Notes under the pieces: generated by a model
Seen by the model: the letters and a program-made list of their open reading frames with translations, nothing else
What the model was told of the DNA's origin: nothing
The model's database searches: none
Part shown: positions 1 through 9,773 of the stretch, piece after piece
Layout: each line of letters begins with the position of its first letter
Position numbering within the stretch: position 1 is the first letter of the stretch
Translations under genes and position numbers: made by a program
Assembly: GCA_041664925.1 (NCBI GenBank)
Contig: JBAYJV010000004.1
Span: 26,998-90,997, forward strand
Length of the DNA stretch: 64,000 nucleotides
Direction: 5' to 3'
DNA from: Minisyncoccota bacterium
Lineage (GTDB): Bacteria; Patescibacteriota; Minisyncoccia; JBAYJV01

Positions 1-803
1 ATTACGCTGACAATCTTAAGAAAATAGTCTCTATTTTAACTGGCAAAAGACAAGAAATAATAACTAAAATTAGAAGTGATCTGAAAAGAAAAATATTAGA
101 AGAAGATTTTGAAAAAGCAGAACAACTTAGTCTTGAAATAAAGTCATTGGAAAATATATTTAATCACAAGAATGCCTTGAGAAAAAATCCAAATGACAAG
201 TTTTTTATTCCCAATGTATCGCTACTTAAGAAAATTCTTTCTAGCAAGATTTTGCCCTTAAGAATAGAAGCTTTTGATGTGTCAAATATAGGAAGTAAAT
301 ATGCAACTGGTTCAATGATAGTTTTTAAAAAAAACGTCGAAAACGGAAAAATTTATTATTCTCCAAACAAAAAAGAATATAGAATTTTTCATATTAAAAA
401 TAAAATTATTAATAATGACCTTGATATGCTTAGGGAGATAATAATGAGAAGATTAGATCATTCTTCTCCCAGTAACAAAAACACAACTCACCAAAAAAAG
501 AATATTTTCTGGCCTCTCCCTCAATTAGTATTAATAGATGGTGGAAAAACTCAGCTCGCTGTAGCCACTGATTGTTTTAATAAAATAAATGGCAATAAAA
601 CTGTACAATGCTTGGCGCTTGCAAAAAGACAAGAAAAATTATATACTGTTCTCTGTGATAGAAAAGACGCTGTGCAGGTCTATTTTTTAAATAAATTGAG
701 CATTAATATTGCTAATTTATTCAAAAACCTGAGAAACGAGGCTCATCGTTTTGCTATAAAACACCATCGAAAATTAATAGAAAATAATCTTAAAAAAATA
801 TAG
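1..803 (+). CDS. uvrC: Excinuclease ABC subunit C, C-terminal part (5' truncated by window; no HhH tail)
   Basis: Frame open from base 3 with UVR-like EEDFEKAEQL; RIEAFDVSN, PQLVLIDGGKTQL, LRNEAHRFAI RNase H-like UvrC motifs. Confidence 0.93.
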   Translation, partial: YADNLKKIVSILTGKRQEIITKIRSDLKRKILEEDFEKAEQLSLEIKSLENIFNHKNALRKNPNDKFFIPNVSLLKKILSSKILPLRIEAFDVSNIGSKYATGSMIVFKKNVENGKIYYSPNKKEYRIFHIKNKIINNDLDMLREIIMRRLDHSSPSNKNTTHQKKNIFWPLPQLVLIDGGKTQLAVATDCFNKINGNKTVQCLALAKRQEKLYTVLCDRKDAVQVYFLNKLSINIANLFKNLRNEAHRFAIKHHRKLIENNLKKI

Positions 804-879
804 TCAATTTATTAAAATATAATCAATTTATTAAAATATAATCAATTTATTAAAAATTAATCAATTTATTAAAAATTAA
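804..879. repeat. Tandem repeat, 4 x 19 bp (tcaatttattaaaatataa / tcaatttattaaaaattaa)
   Basis: Units start at 804, 823, 842, 861. Confidence 0.95.
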
Positions 880-908
880 AAAGGTTTAGTTTTAAGTTTT
901 TAAATATT

Positions 909-1124
909 ATGACTAATATATTAATTATCGGAGAGATTCTAGTTGCTACATTGCTTATTGTTGTGATTTTACTCCAAAGACAGGGCGGTGGCTTATCTTC
1001 TGTTCTGGGGGGAGGCGGAGAAACTTATAGGACAAAAAGAGGGTTCGAGAAAACGTTGGTTTGGGCAACTATTGTCTTATCTGTCCTTCTTCTGGTTTTA
1101 GCGATAGCTAGAATTATTGTCTAG
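909..1124 (+). CDS. secG: Preprotein translocase subunit SecG
   Basis: Two TM helices with ILLQ.QGGGLSSVLGG...RTKRGFEKTL. Confidence 0.93.
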   Translation: MTNILIIGEILVATLLIVVILLQRQGGGLSSVLGGGGETYRTKRGFEKTLVWATIVLSVLLLVLAIARIIV

Positions 1125-1156
1125 CTAAAATACTAAATATAATATCTGTTCTTGTT

Positions 1157-2824
1157 ATGTCTCAAAAAATCAAACGAACCATCACTAAAATAATAGCTAT
1201 ACCAAGAATATTCAACCAGAAAGAAATGGCCTTGGCGAGAATATTCGTTTTTTTGATTATCTTAAGTTCTCTTGGTCTTTTAATAAACATTCATCTTTCT
1301 TCAACTCGAATTCTTCCAAATAATGGGGGTATTTATAGAGAAGCAATTATTGGGTACCCGCAATACTTGAATCCCATTCTCAGCTATTCAAGTGACACCG
1401 ATAGAGATATTGTTAAGTTGATATATTCCGGTCTTACAAAATTCGACCCAGATGGCAATATTGTTCCAGACTTGGCTGAGGATTTTATTATTGATGATAG
1501 CGGAAAAAATTATACTTTTTATCTCAGAAAAAATATTTATTGGCACAATAATATACCATTTAGTGTTGACGATATTGTTTTTACGATTAAAACAATTCAA
1601 AATCCTGAGTACAATAGTCCATTAAGATTTAATTGGGATGGGGTCGAAATAGAAAAAATAAATGATTTAACTGTAAGATTCAAGTTAAAAAATCCTTATG
1701 CCCCTTTTCTTACTAATACAACTGTCGGAATTCTACCAAAACATATTTGGGAAAATCTATCTCCAAGAGATTTCTATCTTTCAAAAGCTAATCTTGAACC
1801 AATAGGCACTGGACCATTTAAGTTTGATAATATTAAAAAAGGTACCGGAAAAATCATAGAAACACTGACCATTGAAAGAAATAATCAATATTATCTTAAA
1901 AAACCTTATCTAGAAAAACTTATCTTTGTTTTTCAAAACGGAGAGAAAAAACTCATTGAAGCGTTAAATCAAAATAAGGTTGATGCTATTGCTTTAGGGT
2001 CTGGATTTTACAAGAAAAATATTAAAAAACAAGAACGCTTTAATTTTTATTCCCCGTTATTACCACGCTACTTCGCAGCATTTATTAACCAAGAAAAAAA
2101 CTCTCTTTTGGCAAATCAAAATGTTAGAATAGCCCTGAGTTATGCAACAAATAAAGAGTTAATAATTAAAGAGGTTTTTAACGATGAGGCATTGCGAATC
2201 GAAGGTCCATTTCCGCAATATCTGCTTCCAGAAAAACACTCCAGTTCTTCTAGTATTTATGAGTATAATCTTGATAAGGCAAAAAAATATTTGGAAAAAA
2301 TAAATAAAGAAAGCTTAAATATCGTCTTAACGTTTCCCGATATACCGGAATTAGCAAAGACCGCAGAAATTTTACAATCAAGCTGGCAAGAAGCAGGATT
2401 CAGGGTTAAAATTTCACTAGTTCCTCCTACTGAGATTATTGATAGTATTATAAGGCAGCGAAATTATGAAATTCTTATTTTTGGACAAGTATTAAACCTT
2501 GATCCTGATCCTTTTTCTTTCTGGCACTCCTCTCAAAAAAATGACCCAGGATTAAATCTATCTTTATACCAAAATAAAGCCGTTGATGCTATTCTCAAAA
2601 ATGCTCGTGGAGAATTAGATGCAGAAAAAAGATTAAAATTATATGGAGATCTGTCAAGTCAAATAACCAAAGATATTCCTGCCGTCTTTCTGTATAGCCC
2701 AAAATACCTTTATGTTGTTAATGATAAAATAAAAGGAATAAAAACAACTAAAATAAATTTACCTGCTGATAGGTTTGCTTCTGTTGAAAACTGGTACATA
2801 GAGACAAGGAGGGTAAAAAAGTGA
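1157..2824 (+). CDS. Peptide ABC transporter substrate-binding protein (SBP family 5, OppA/DppA-like)
   Basis: LIYSGLTK, PDLAE, YTFYLRK, PIGTGPFKF; N-terminal TM. Confidence 0.9.
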   Translation: MSQKIKRTITKIIAIPRIFNQKEMALARIFVFLIILSSLGLLINIHLSSTRILPNNGGIYREAIIGYPQYLNPILSYSSDTDRDIVKLIYSGLTKFDPDGNIVPDLAEDFIIDDSGKNYTFYLRKNIYWHNNIPFSVDDIVFTIKTIQNPEYNSPLRFNWDGVEIEKINDLTVRFKLKNPYAPFLTNTTVGILPKHIWENLSPRDFYLSKANLEPIGTGPFKFDNIKKGTGKIIETLTIERNNQYYLKKPYLEKLIFVFQNGEKKLIEALNQNKVDAIALGSGFYKKNIKKQERFNFYSPLLPRYFAAFINQEKNSLLANQNVRIALSYATNKELIIKEVFNDEALRIEGPFPQYLLPEKHSSSSSIYEYNLDKAKKYLEKINKESLNIVLTFPDIPELAKTAEILQSSWQEAGFRVKISLVPPTEIIDSIIRQRNYEILIFGQVLNLDPDPFSFWHSSQKNDPGLNLSLYQNKAVDAILKNARGELDAEKRLKLYGDLSSQITKDIPAVFLYSPKYLYVVNDKIKGIKTTKINLPADRFASVENWYIETRRVKK

Positions 2825-2910
2825 TTATTTTTTATTTTAATGAATAAAAAAAAGCACGTAAGTGATTATTTTTTATTTTAATGAATAAAAAAAGCACATA
2901 AGTGGTTATT
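2819..2910. repeat. Tandem duplication of ~41 bp, two copies plus a partial third
   Basis: aagtgattattttttattttaatgaataaaaaaa(a)gcac(g/a)t repeated, then aagtggttatt. Confidence 0.9.
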
Positions 2911-2924
2911 TACTACTTGTTTTA

Positions 2925-3905
2925 ATGAGCAAAAAAAAACACATAATAGAAAAAAATATATTAGATTTTCCTCTCCAGATTAAATCTGGGCTTGAGAGAA
3001 ATTTTGATGGCATTGGTTTTGATAGAAAATTTAAGAACATTCTTGTTTGCGGCATGGGTGGATCTGCATTAGCCGCAGAGTTTCTTAAAAAGTTCTATCC
3101 CATTCGCATTCATAGAAATTATGAATTACCCGTAAGACTAATTGATAAAGATACGCTTATTATATGCGTGTCCTATTCTGGAAATACAGAAGAAATTGTT
3201 TCTGCCTATGATGTTGCGATAAGAAATGGATTACCTGCTGTTGTTTTGTCTAGCGGTGGAATATTGAAAACTAGATCGTTAAAAGAAAAGGTTCCTTTTA
3301 TTGAAATATTAACAAAGGACATTGAACCACGCATGTCTGTTATCGAACAGATCTGTATTCTAAAAAGATTATTTGATAGTCTTAAAATAAAACCTCACAA
3401 CGAAAAGAGTCTAGAGATTAAATCAGTTATTGTTCCAGAAAATTTTGTTCCACAAGCCAAAATCATCGCAAAAAATCTTATAGACAAGGTACCTTTAGTT
3501 TATGCTAGTATTGAGAATAAGGCTTCCGCGATTTTTTGGAAAGCTCTATTAAACGAAAATGCTAAAGTGCCTGCATTTTGGAATGTTTTTCCAGAAATTA
3601 ATCATAATGAATTTATGCACGGGCAAGGAATAACATGGTCAAAAAAATTTCATATTCTCAGTCTTATCGATGACGATGACCATATTAAGGTAAAAAATAG
3701 AATGAGATTATCGATTGATATGTTAAAAAGAAAAGGATTTGGTGCAAATATAATAAAAATAGAAGGCTTCACGCCTTTTGAAAAAATTATAAATTCTATT
3801 GTTATCGGTAATTGGATATCTTATTTTCTTGCAAAAGAACTAAAAATAGACCCATCTGATCCCGATGTTCGAGAAGAGTTTAAAAAATTAATCAGCCAAA
3901 CTTAA
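2925..3905 (+). CDS. Bifunctional phosphoglucose/phosphomannose isomerase (SIS family)
   Basis: CGMGGSA, SYSGNTEE, LNENAK, FPEINHNE motifs. Confidence 0.9.
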   Translation: MSKKKHIIEKNILDFPLQIKSGLERNFDGIGFDRKFKNILVCGMGGSALAAEFLKKFYPIRIHRNYELPVRLIDKDTLIICVSYSGNTEEIVSAYDVAIRNGLPAVVLSSGGILKTRSLKEKVPFIEILTKDIEPRMSVIEQICILKRLFDSLKIKPHNEKSLEIKSVIVPENFVPQAKIIAKNLIDKVPLVYASIENKASAIFWKALLNENAKVPAFWNVFPEINHNEFMHGQGITWSKKFHILSLIDDDDHIKVKNRMRLSIDMLKRKGFGANIIKIEGFTPFEKIINSIVIGNWISYFLAKELKIDPSDPDVREEFKKLISQT

Positions 3906-3933
3906 CTAACTTTTTCTAATTGCAAAGTAGCAA

Positions 3934-5658
3934 TTAAGCCTCAATAATCACCGGCAACACCATTGGTCGTCTCCTCGTTTGTTCGAAAAGAAAGCTACCA
4001 ACCTTCTCCCTAAGTATTTCCCTTAAGTGGGTCGCATTTACGCTCCTTCCAGGAGCCAATTCATTGTTGAGTAACTCTTTGACTAGAACTCTTGTATCAT
4101 TCAAGAGTTTTTTTGATTCTTTCAGATACACAAATCCCCTAGATATAATATCTATATTATCTTTAGTTTTATGAGCATTAGTATCAATAATAGCCACAAT
4201 AACAAACATACCATCTTGAGCCATAGTCTTTCTATCCCGTAAAACAATTTGACCAACATCCCCTACTCCCAAACCATCAACCATAACATAATCAACCGCA
4301 ACTCGCTGTTCAGTTTTATATATTCTGTTTCTCTCTAAATTTATGACTTCTCCGTTTTGTCCAACTAGAATATTTTTTGGATCCATGCCCAATTCCTGAG
4401 CTATTTGTCCATGATTTACTAGCATCGAGAAATTTCCATGAACCGGCATAAAAAACTTTGGCTTCACCAAGCTAATCATCATTTTTAAATCTTCTATCTG
4501 CGCATGTCCACCAGCGTGAATATCCATCATTTGATTGTGATATACCTTGGCACCCTGGCGACAGATATCGTCTTTTAACCCCTGGACAGCTCTTTCATTG
4601 CCAGGAATTACTGAAGAAGACAACACTAGAGTATCATGATTTTGTATTTTAAAATAATGGTGTTCGCCAGATACAATTCTTATAAGCGCTGCCCCTGATT
4701 CTCCTTGAGCTCCAGTACAGATAATAGTTACCTTGCTTGATTCAAGTTTAATCGCTTGTTTCGCGCTAATCAAAGTTCCTTTTTTGAATTTGATATACCC
4801 TAGGTCTTGAGCAATCTGCGCATTGCTTTTCATGCTATAACCCTCAAGTACTACTTTTCGTCCGTGTTTCTCGGACAAATTAATAATTTCTTGAATTCTT
4901 GTTATGAGCGACGAAAATGTTGCAATTATTAAGCGTCCCGAAGAACTTTCAAAAATTGTTTCTAGATTATCCTGAATTCCCTTCTCGGTAATTGTGTGAC
5001 CCTCCTTCTCTGAGCCAGTAGAATCAGACATTAATAATAATACTCCCTTTTGTCCAAATCTAGCTATTGATGCTAGATCTGCTGGTTTATCTGCTATTGG
5101 CTCAAAATCAAATTTAAAATCACCGGTATGTATAATTCTTCCCACTGGAGTTTCTATTGATAAACCAACCGAATCAGGTATGTTGTGATTTTGGTGAAAG
5201 GCTTCTATCGTAAATTGTCCCAATCTTATCGGATCGTTGATTTTTATTGTTTTAATATTTAATGGAGCTAGGTTCGGAAATTCCTCATGTCTCTTCAAAA
5301 TTAATCCCCTAGTTAGTGGAGTAGCATAAAGTGGTGGATGCTCTAAGTCCTTTATCAAATAAGAAATAGCGCCGATATGATCAAGATGACCATGCGTAAA
5401 GAAAATTCCCTGAATTCTTTTCTTATTTTTTTGAAAATATTGAATATTAGGGATAATAAAATCTATTCCTGGCATATCTTCTACTTCAGGAAAACGCAAC
5501 CCTATGTCGACAATAATGCACTCGTTTTCGTACTCAAAAACCATCATATTTTTACCTATTTCCCCTAATCCACCAAGAGATATAATTTTTATGTGTTTTT
5601 CTTTTGCGACATTGCTTCTTATATTGTTTTGTGAATTATGTTTTATATTGTTAATCAT
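3934..5658 (-). CDS. rnj: Ribonuclease J
   Basis: LGGLGEIGKN, THGHLDHIG, HTGDFKFD, HAGGH, RRPMVLPVI. Confidence 0.96.
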   Translation of the reverse strand: MINNIKHNSQNNIRSNVAKEKHIKIISLGGLGEIGKNMMVFEYENECIIVDIGLRFPEVEDMPGIDFIIPNIQYFQKNKKRIQGIFFTHGHLDHIGAISYLIKDLEHPPLYATPLTRGLILKRHEEFPNLAPLNIKTIKINDPIRLGQFTIEAFHQNHNIPDSVGLSIETPVGRIIHTGDFKFDFEPIADKPADLASIARFGQKGVLLLMSDSTGSEKEGHTITEKGIQDNLETIFESSSGRLIIATFSSLITRIQEIINLSEKHGRKVVLEGYSMKSNAQIAQDLGYIKFKKGTLISAKQAIKLESSKVTIICTGAQGESGAALIRIVSGEHHYFKIQNHDTLVLSSSVIPGNERAVQGLKDDICRQGAKVYHNQMMDIHAGGHAQIEDLKMMISLVKPKFFMPVHGNFSMLVNHGQIAQELGMDPKNILVGQNGEVINLERNRIYKTEQRVAVDYVMVDGLGVGDVGQIVLRDRKTMAQDGMFVIVAIIDTNAHKTKDNIDIISRGFVYLKESKKLLNDTRVLVKELLNNELAPGRSVNATHLREILREKVGSFLFEQTRRRPMVLPVIIEA

Positions 5659-5725
5659 TTTGTTTAATTATATTAACATTGCTTTTTATATTGTTAATCA
5701 TTTTATTTAATATTAATGGAGCGTG

Positions 5726-5808
5726 TGCTCGGGACAGGACTTGAACCTGCACGTCCTTACGGACCAGGCTTCTGAGGCCTGTGTGTATACCAATTCCACC
5801 ACCCGAGC
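5726..5808 (-). tRNA. tRNA-Leu(CAG)
   Basis: GCTCGGG acceptor, anticodon loop CTCAGAA, long variable arm, GTTCAAGTC. Confidence 0.93.
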
Positions 5809-5964
5809 TTAGATCAATTACAAAAATATGTTGAATTAATTTTATTTATTGCTTGTTTGCCAAAATAAAATCAAGATGAAAACAAAGCAAAAAATCACTA
5901 ATCATTAATTAAGTCCGTTAATGACTAGATAAATTTAAATTTTGGTGAAATTTTATCACTATCA

Positions 5965-6048
5965 TGCCGCGGGTGGGACTCGAACCCACACGGACATAAG
6001 CCCAAAAGATTTTAAGTCTTTCGCGTATACCAGTTCCGCCACCGCGGC
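5965..6048 (-). tRNA. tRNA-Leu(TAA)
   Basis: GCCGCGG acceptor, loop CTTAAAA, long variable arm, GTTCGAGTC. Confidence 0.93.
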
Positions 6049-6060
6049 AAATGAAACGTA

Positions 6061-6100
6061 AGGCCTGGATGGGAATCGAACCCATATACACAGGGTTTTG
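6061..6100 (-). pseudogene. 3' half of a split tRNA-Cys (outer copy)
   Basis: Matches the 3' part of the tRNA at 6197-6267 except for 2 extra nt in the variable loop. Confidence 0.9.
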
Positions 6101-6288
6101 TCCCAGAAACTTCTATTCCGCCTGCCTGACGGCAGTCAGGGTAGGCAGGGCATACTGGAATTAGAATTTCGGGATCCCGAATCACTATTTTCGGCAAGGC
6201 CTGGATGGGAATCGAACCCATATACAGGGTTTTGCAGACCCTTGCCTAACCACTCGGCCACCAGGCCGAAAATCAAGTGATTCTGGGA
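6101..6288. mobile_element. 188-bp insertion in the tRNA-Cys anticodon, bounded by TCCCAGAA/TTCTGGGA inverted repeats and carrying an intact tRNA-Cys
   Basis: Removing 6101-6288 rejoins GGGTTTTG|CAGACCC; two internal hairpin units, 6101-6174 and 6175-6288. Confidence 0.7.
6197..6267 (-). tRNA. tRNA-Cys(GCA), intact inner copy
   Basis: GGCCTGG/CCAGGCC acceptor, loop CTGCAAA, U73, 71 nt. Confidence 0.93.
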
Positions 6289-6321
6289 CAGACCCTTGCC
6301 TAACCACTCGGCCACCAGGCC
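6289..6321 (-). pseudogene. 5' half of a split tRNA-Cys (outer copy)
   Basis: Identical to the first 33 nt of the intact tRNA-Cys. Confidence 0.9.
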
Positions 6322-6387
6322 AAAGCTTAAAAAATAGACCTTGATTTAAGTGACCAGCTATACGAGGTTGAATTCAATTTATTGTAA

Positions 6388-6717
6388 CTATAATTGCTTA
6401 AACAAACCATCTAAAACACCTAACTTTTCTCCTTGTATATCTAATAAAAACCTGATTTTAGGAACAGGCCTCATGTATAATCTCTTATCAAGCGTTTTTT
6501 GAATAGAATAAATGTTTTTGTTTAATCCTTCTATGACTATTTTTGTTTCACTTTCGGGTAAAACCGTAATAAAAACTTTTGAATATCTACAATCAACGGA
6601 CGTTTCCGTTTTGGTTATTGTTATTAATGGTTTATTGATAAAGTCCGCTTCTTTAAGAATGATCTGTCCTAATTCTTGTCGAATTAAATCGTTAACTTGA
6701 TTAATACGCTTTGACAT
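6388..6717 (-). CDS. rbfA: Ribosome-binding factor A
   Basis: KRINQVNDLIRQEL...MRPVPKIRF; follows infB. Confidence 0.92.
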   Translation of the reverse strand: MSKRINQVNDLIRQELGQIILKEADFINKPLITITKTETSVDCRYSKVFITVLPESETKIVIEGLNKNIYSIQKTLDKRLYMRPVPKIRFLLDIQGEKLGVLDGLFKQL

Positions 6718-6727
6718 TGTTGGTTTA

Positions 6728-8251
6728 TTAGAAAATAATCATCAAATCACCGACTTTTACTTCCCCGTTTCCTTCATATAAGACTCCACACTCTTCGTCT
6801 TTAATGACTTTTGCCGCTGATTGTCTTCCTTTTTCTATTTCCAAAACTTTCCCTTCTCCGATTGTTTGATTATTTCTCTGAATCTCCACAAAACTCCCAC
6901 GCATCAGTTCTCCTTCAATAATTTTTCCACCAAGAATAATCTTATTAGCTGTTTTTTTCTTTTCCCCCGCTGATTTTTTACGGAAAATTGCTAATATTTC
7001 TAATTTCCCCTTTGTTTTTCTATTCTGCTCTTCTGGGTTTTCCTTAATCAAGTCTTCTATTAACGACTTGATATTATATATTATATCACAAAGCAATAAC
7101 CTCACTTTCATTCTATCAGCAACGTTGATTAAATTTCCTGGTGTCTTGATTCGAAAACCTAAAATATTCGCTTTAGTAGATTGGCTCAATTTTAAATCAG
7201 ATTCTGAAATATTACCCAATGACTGTTTAATAACTACGAAACAAACTTCAAGTTCTTTTGATATAATTTCTAAGGTTTTTATTATCGCTGATTGAGAGCC
7301 ATAAACATCTGTTTTGACGATTAATCTAATTTCTCGTTTTAATCTCTCTTCTTCGGTCGCGGTATCAAAGTTACAAATCCTTAAGTCTTTACACTTAAAA
7401 TCATTCTGATTAGTTGAAAAAGCCTTGCTGTTTTCCGTAGAAAAGTCCTTGAAAATTTCTCCTATTTCGGGAACGTTCTTGAATCCAAGGATTTGGATTG
7501 GTTGTGATGCGACTGCTTTTTTTATAGCTTTATTTTGCCAATCTAATATTTTTTTTATTTTTATAGATTGGTTTTTCGACTCAATCACATCTCCTAGCAT
7601 TATTTCTCCTTCTCGAACTAAAAAGATTGCTCCTATACCTTTGTTTTCGCTAATATTTGTTTCTATTACAACCCCGATAAATTTATTATCTTTTGATTGT
7701 TCTATTTTCTTATCATTCGTTAATAGCTCTCCTAAAATCAGTATAGTGTCTAATAACTCATCAATTCCTTCGCCAGTTTTCGCCGAGGTTTTAACAAGAG
7801 GAACATCTCCTCCCCATGATTCTGTCTGAACATTTTCTTCTTGTAATTGTTTTTCTATTCTCTGAAGATTGCCATTTTGATCTAAAAGATCCGATTTGTT
7901 TATTACTATGATATACGGTAGTTTTATTTCTTGAATTTGTTTTAAAACTTCTTTGGTCTGTGGCTTTATTCCTTCATTTGCCGCTATTACCACTAAGGCC
8001 ATATCGGCTACCTGAGCACCACAAGATCTCATTTGAGAGAATGCTTCATGTCCCGGAGTGTCTATAAAAGTGATTTTTTTATCTCTAAACTCTACTTCAC
8101 ACGCACCAATATGTTGAGTAATTTTACCTGTTTCTTTTTCGGCAATATTTGTCTTTCTAATATAATCTAAAAGACTGGTCTTGCCATGATCAACATGACC
8201 CAGAACCACCACTACCGGAGGTTTTAAAAACAATTCTTTGTTATTAATCAT
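6728..8251 (-). CDS. infB: Translation initiation factor IF-2 (short form)
   Basis: PPVVVVLGHVDHGKTSLLD, ITQHIGA, DTPGHEAF, NKSD. Confidence 0.96.
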   Translation of the reverse strand: MINNKELFLKPPVVVVLGHVDHGKTSLLDYIRKTNIAEKETGKITQHIGACEVEFRDKKITFIDTPGHEAFSQMRSCGAQVADMALVVIAANEGIKPQTKEVLKQIQEIKLPYIIVINKSDLLDQNGNLQRIEKQLQEENVQTESWGGDVPLVKTSAKTGEGIDELLDTILILGELLTNDKKIEQSKDNKFIGVVIETNISENKGIGAIFLVREGEIMLGDVIESKNQSIKIKKILDWQNKAIKKAVASQPIQILGFKNVPEIGEIFKDFSTENSKAFSTNQNDFKCKDLRICNFDTATEEERLKREIRLIVKTDVYGSQSAIIKTLEIISKELEVCFVVIKQSLGNISESDLKLSQSTKANILGFRIKTPGNLINVADRMKVRLLLCDIIYNIKSLIEDLIKENPEEQNRKTKGKLEILAIFRKKSAGEKKKTANKIILGGKIIEGELMRGSFVEIQRNNQTIGEGKVLEIEKGRQSAAKVIKDEECGVLYEGNGEVKVGDLMIIF

Positions 8252-8323
8252 AATATCTTTTTCCCGTCAAAACGACCAAAAGATCCATTTTCTGTCCTTT
8301 GCTCATAAAGATAAAGTCAGAAA

Positions 8324-8410
8324 CGGCGGGGGTGGGATTCGAACCCACGACCCGCTTACGCGGGTACCGCTTTTCGAGAGCGGCCTGTTCAACCACTCCA
8401 GCACCCCGCC
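8324..8410 (-). tRNA. tRNA-Ser(CGA)
   Basis: Loop CTCGAAA, long variable arm, GTTCGAATC. Confidence 0.93.
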
Positions 8411-8442
8411 CCCTCTTTTAAAGAAAGTCTAAAGAAAAAGCT

Positions 8443-8515
8443 TGCGCCCAGCAGGAATCGAACCTGCAACCACTAGCTTAAAAGGCTATTGCTCTACCAA
8501 TTGAGCTATGGGCGC
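8443..8515 (-). tRNA. tRNA-Lys(TTT)
   Basis: Loop CTTTTAA, canonical cloverleaf. Confidence 0.94.
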
Positions 8516-8579
8516 ACACGCTTCTACTAATCATAACTCGACAAAGCCACAAAGTCAACTCATCTTAATCAATAATTTA

Positions 8580-8930
8580 TTATAATGCGGGACAATTTTT
8601 TGTCGGTCGATATTGATATCCTGAATCTATGGCTTCCTGTTTATTCAGAAACCAAATTGTGTTTTCACTATTTATTTTATTGAGACTTTGACAATCAGCA
8701 CGATAGTATAGCTTTCCATTAATACTTGCGAAGAGTATTGTTTTATTTTGTTCGTGATTAGTTGAAATTTTACTTAAAAATTCATTGGGCTTATTTTTTT
8801 TATCTAAAATAACGATCTTTTTGTTTTTGCATGGTATTATTAAAAAATAAAACCCCACTAAAAAAGAAAATAAAAGAAAAATTAAAAACAGTTCATAGGT
8901 AAACTTGTAGCGATCTTTTGGCTTAATCAT
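8580..8930 (-). CDS. Membrane-anchored protein with Ada metal-binding-like C-terminus
   Basis: N-terminal TM; ASINGKLYYRADC...INSENTIWF...EAIDSGY...C. Confidence 0.65.
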   Translation of the reverse strand: MIKPKDRYKFTYELFLIFLLFSFLVGFYFLIIPCKNKKIVILDKKNKPNEFLSKISTNHEQNKTILFASINGKLYYRADCQSLNKINSENTIWFLNKQEAIDSGYQYRPTKNCPAL

Positions 8931-9006
8931 AAAGCAGTCTATCCTCTTGCTTTTTCTAAAAAATGATATACAATAGATGAATTAATATATCACTAATCTC
9001 AAAAAC

Positions 9007-9279
9007 ATGGCCCATCGTGGTGGTAAAAAAACAACTGGCATAAGCCGAAACACTAATCCGAAATACTTAGGAATTAAGTTATTCTCCGGTCAAAAAACCA
9101 AACCAGGTTCTATTTTAGTAAGACAGCGCGGAAGTAAAATCCTCCCAGGAAAGAACGTATTCAAGGGCAGAGATGATACACTTTATACTACTAAAGAAGG
9201 ATCTGTTGCTTTTCGCACCAAGAAATGCTTAGGATTCGACGGTCAGAAAAAAATAAAAAAGATTATCGACGTCATCTAG
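9007..9279 (+). CDS. rpmA: 50S ribosomal protein L27
   Basis: MAHRGG...YLGIK...GSILVRQRG...GRDDTLY. Confidence 0.95.
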   Translation: MAHRGGKKTTGISRNTNPKYLGIKLFSGQKTKPGSILVRQRGSKILPGKNVFKGRDDTLYTTKEGSVAFRTKKCLGFDGQKKIKKIIDVI

Positions 9280-9743
9280 TTTTTTCTTTTTTTATCTTCC
9301 TCTTGAGCTTTGACATTTATTCTCAGGGGGATTTTTTTGTTACCAAACAATAGGCTAATTTCATGATCCCCGACTGTTTTAATCGGGTCCTGAAAAATAA
9401 TTTTAGTCTTAGAATTAATGTCTATATTTATTTCTTTTATTGCTTTTTTGATATCAACATCATTAACAGCTGCAAATAGCTTTCCTTCTGGATTAGTTTT
9501 TTTAATAATTTCTATTTTTAAACTTTTTAATTTTAATGACAATTGATCGAAGTCCTTTGCCTGAATACGACCATTTTCTGTTTCTGTTTCCTTTAAAAGT
9601 TTTATATGTTTCAATGAATTTTGATTTACTGGTATTGCAATTTTGTTCGGGATTAAAAAATTTCTCGCGTAACCTATCTTGACTTCTTTTGTGTCGAACT
9701 TTTTACCTAATTTTTGATGATCTTTTAGTAAAATTATTTTCAT
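9276..9743 (-). CDS. rplI: 50S ribosomal protein L9
   Basis: [12 protein letters not shown]...[16 protein letters not shown]. Confidence 0.95.
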   Translation of the reverse strand: MKIILLKDHQKLGKKFDTKEVKIGYARNFLIPNKIAIPVNQNSLKHIKLLKETETENGRIQAKDFDQLSLKLKSLKIEIIKKTNPEGKLFAAVNDVDIKKAIKEINIDINSKTKIIFQDPIKTVGDHEISLLFGNKKIPLRINVKAQEEDKKRKN

Positions 9744-9773
9744 TTTAATAATATTAAAGAAATAAATTTAAAA

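Noticed and set aside
6012-6280. ORFs 6012-6221 and 6098-6280 (likewise 8238-8432, 22643-23014, 30274-30474)
   Set aside because: Read-through of tRNA sequences and palindromes, not protein-like
6101-6288. Group I intron in tRNA-Cys
   Set aside because: Insert is explained by two hairpins and a tRNA; no recognisable group I core or terminal G junction
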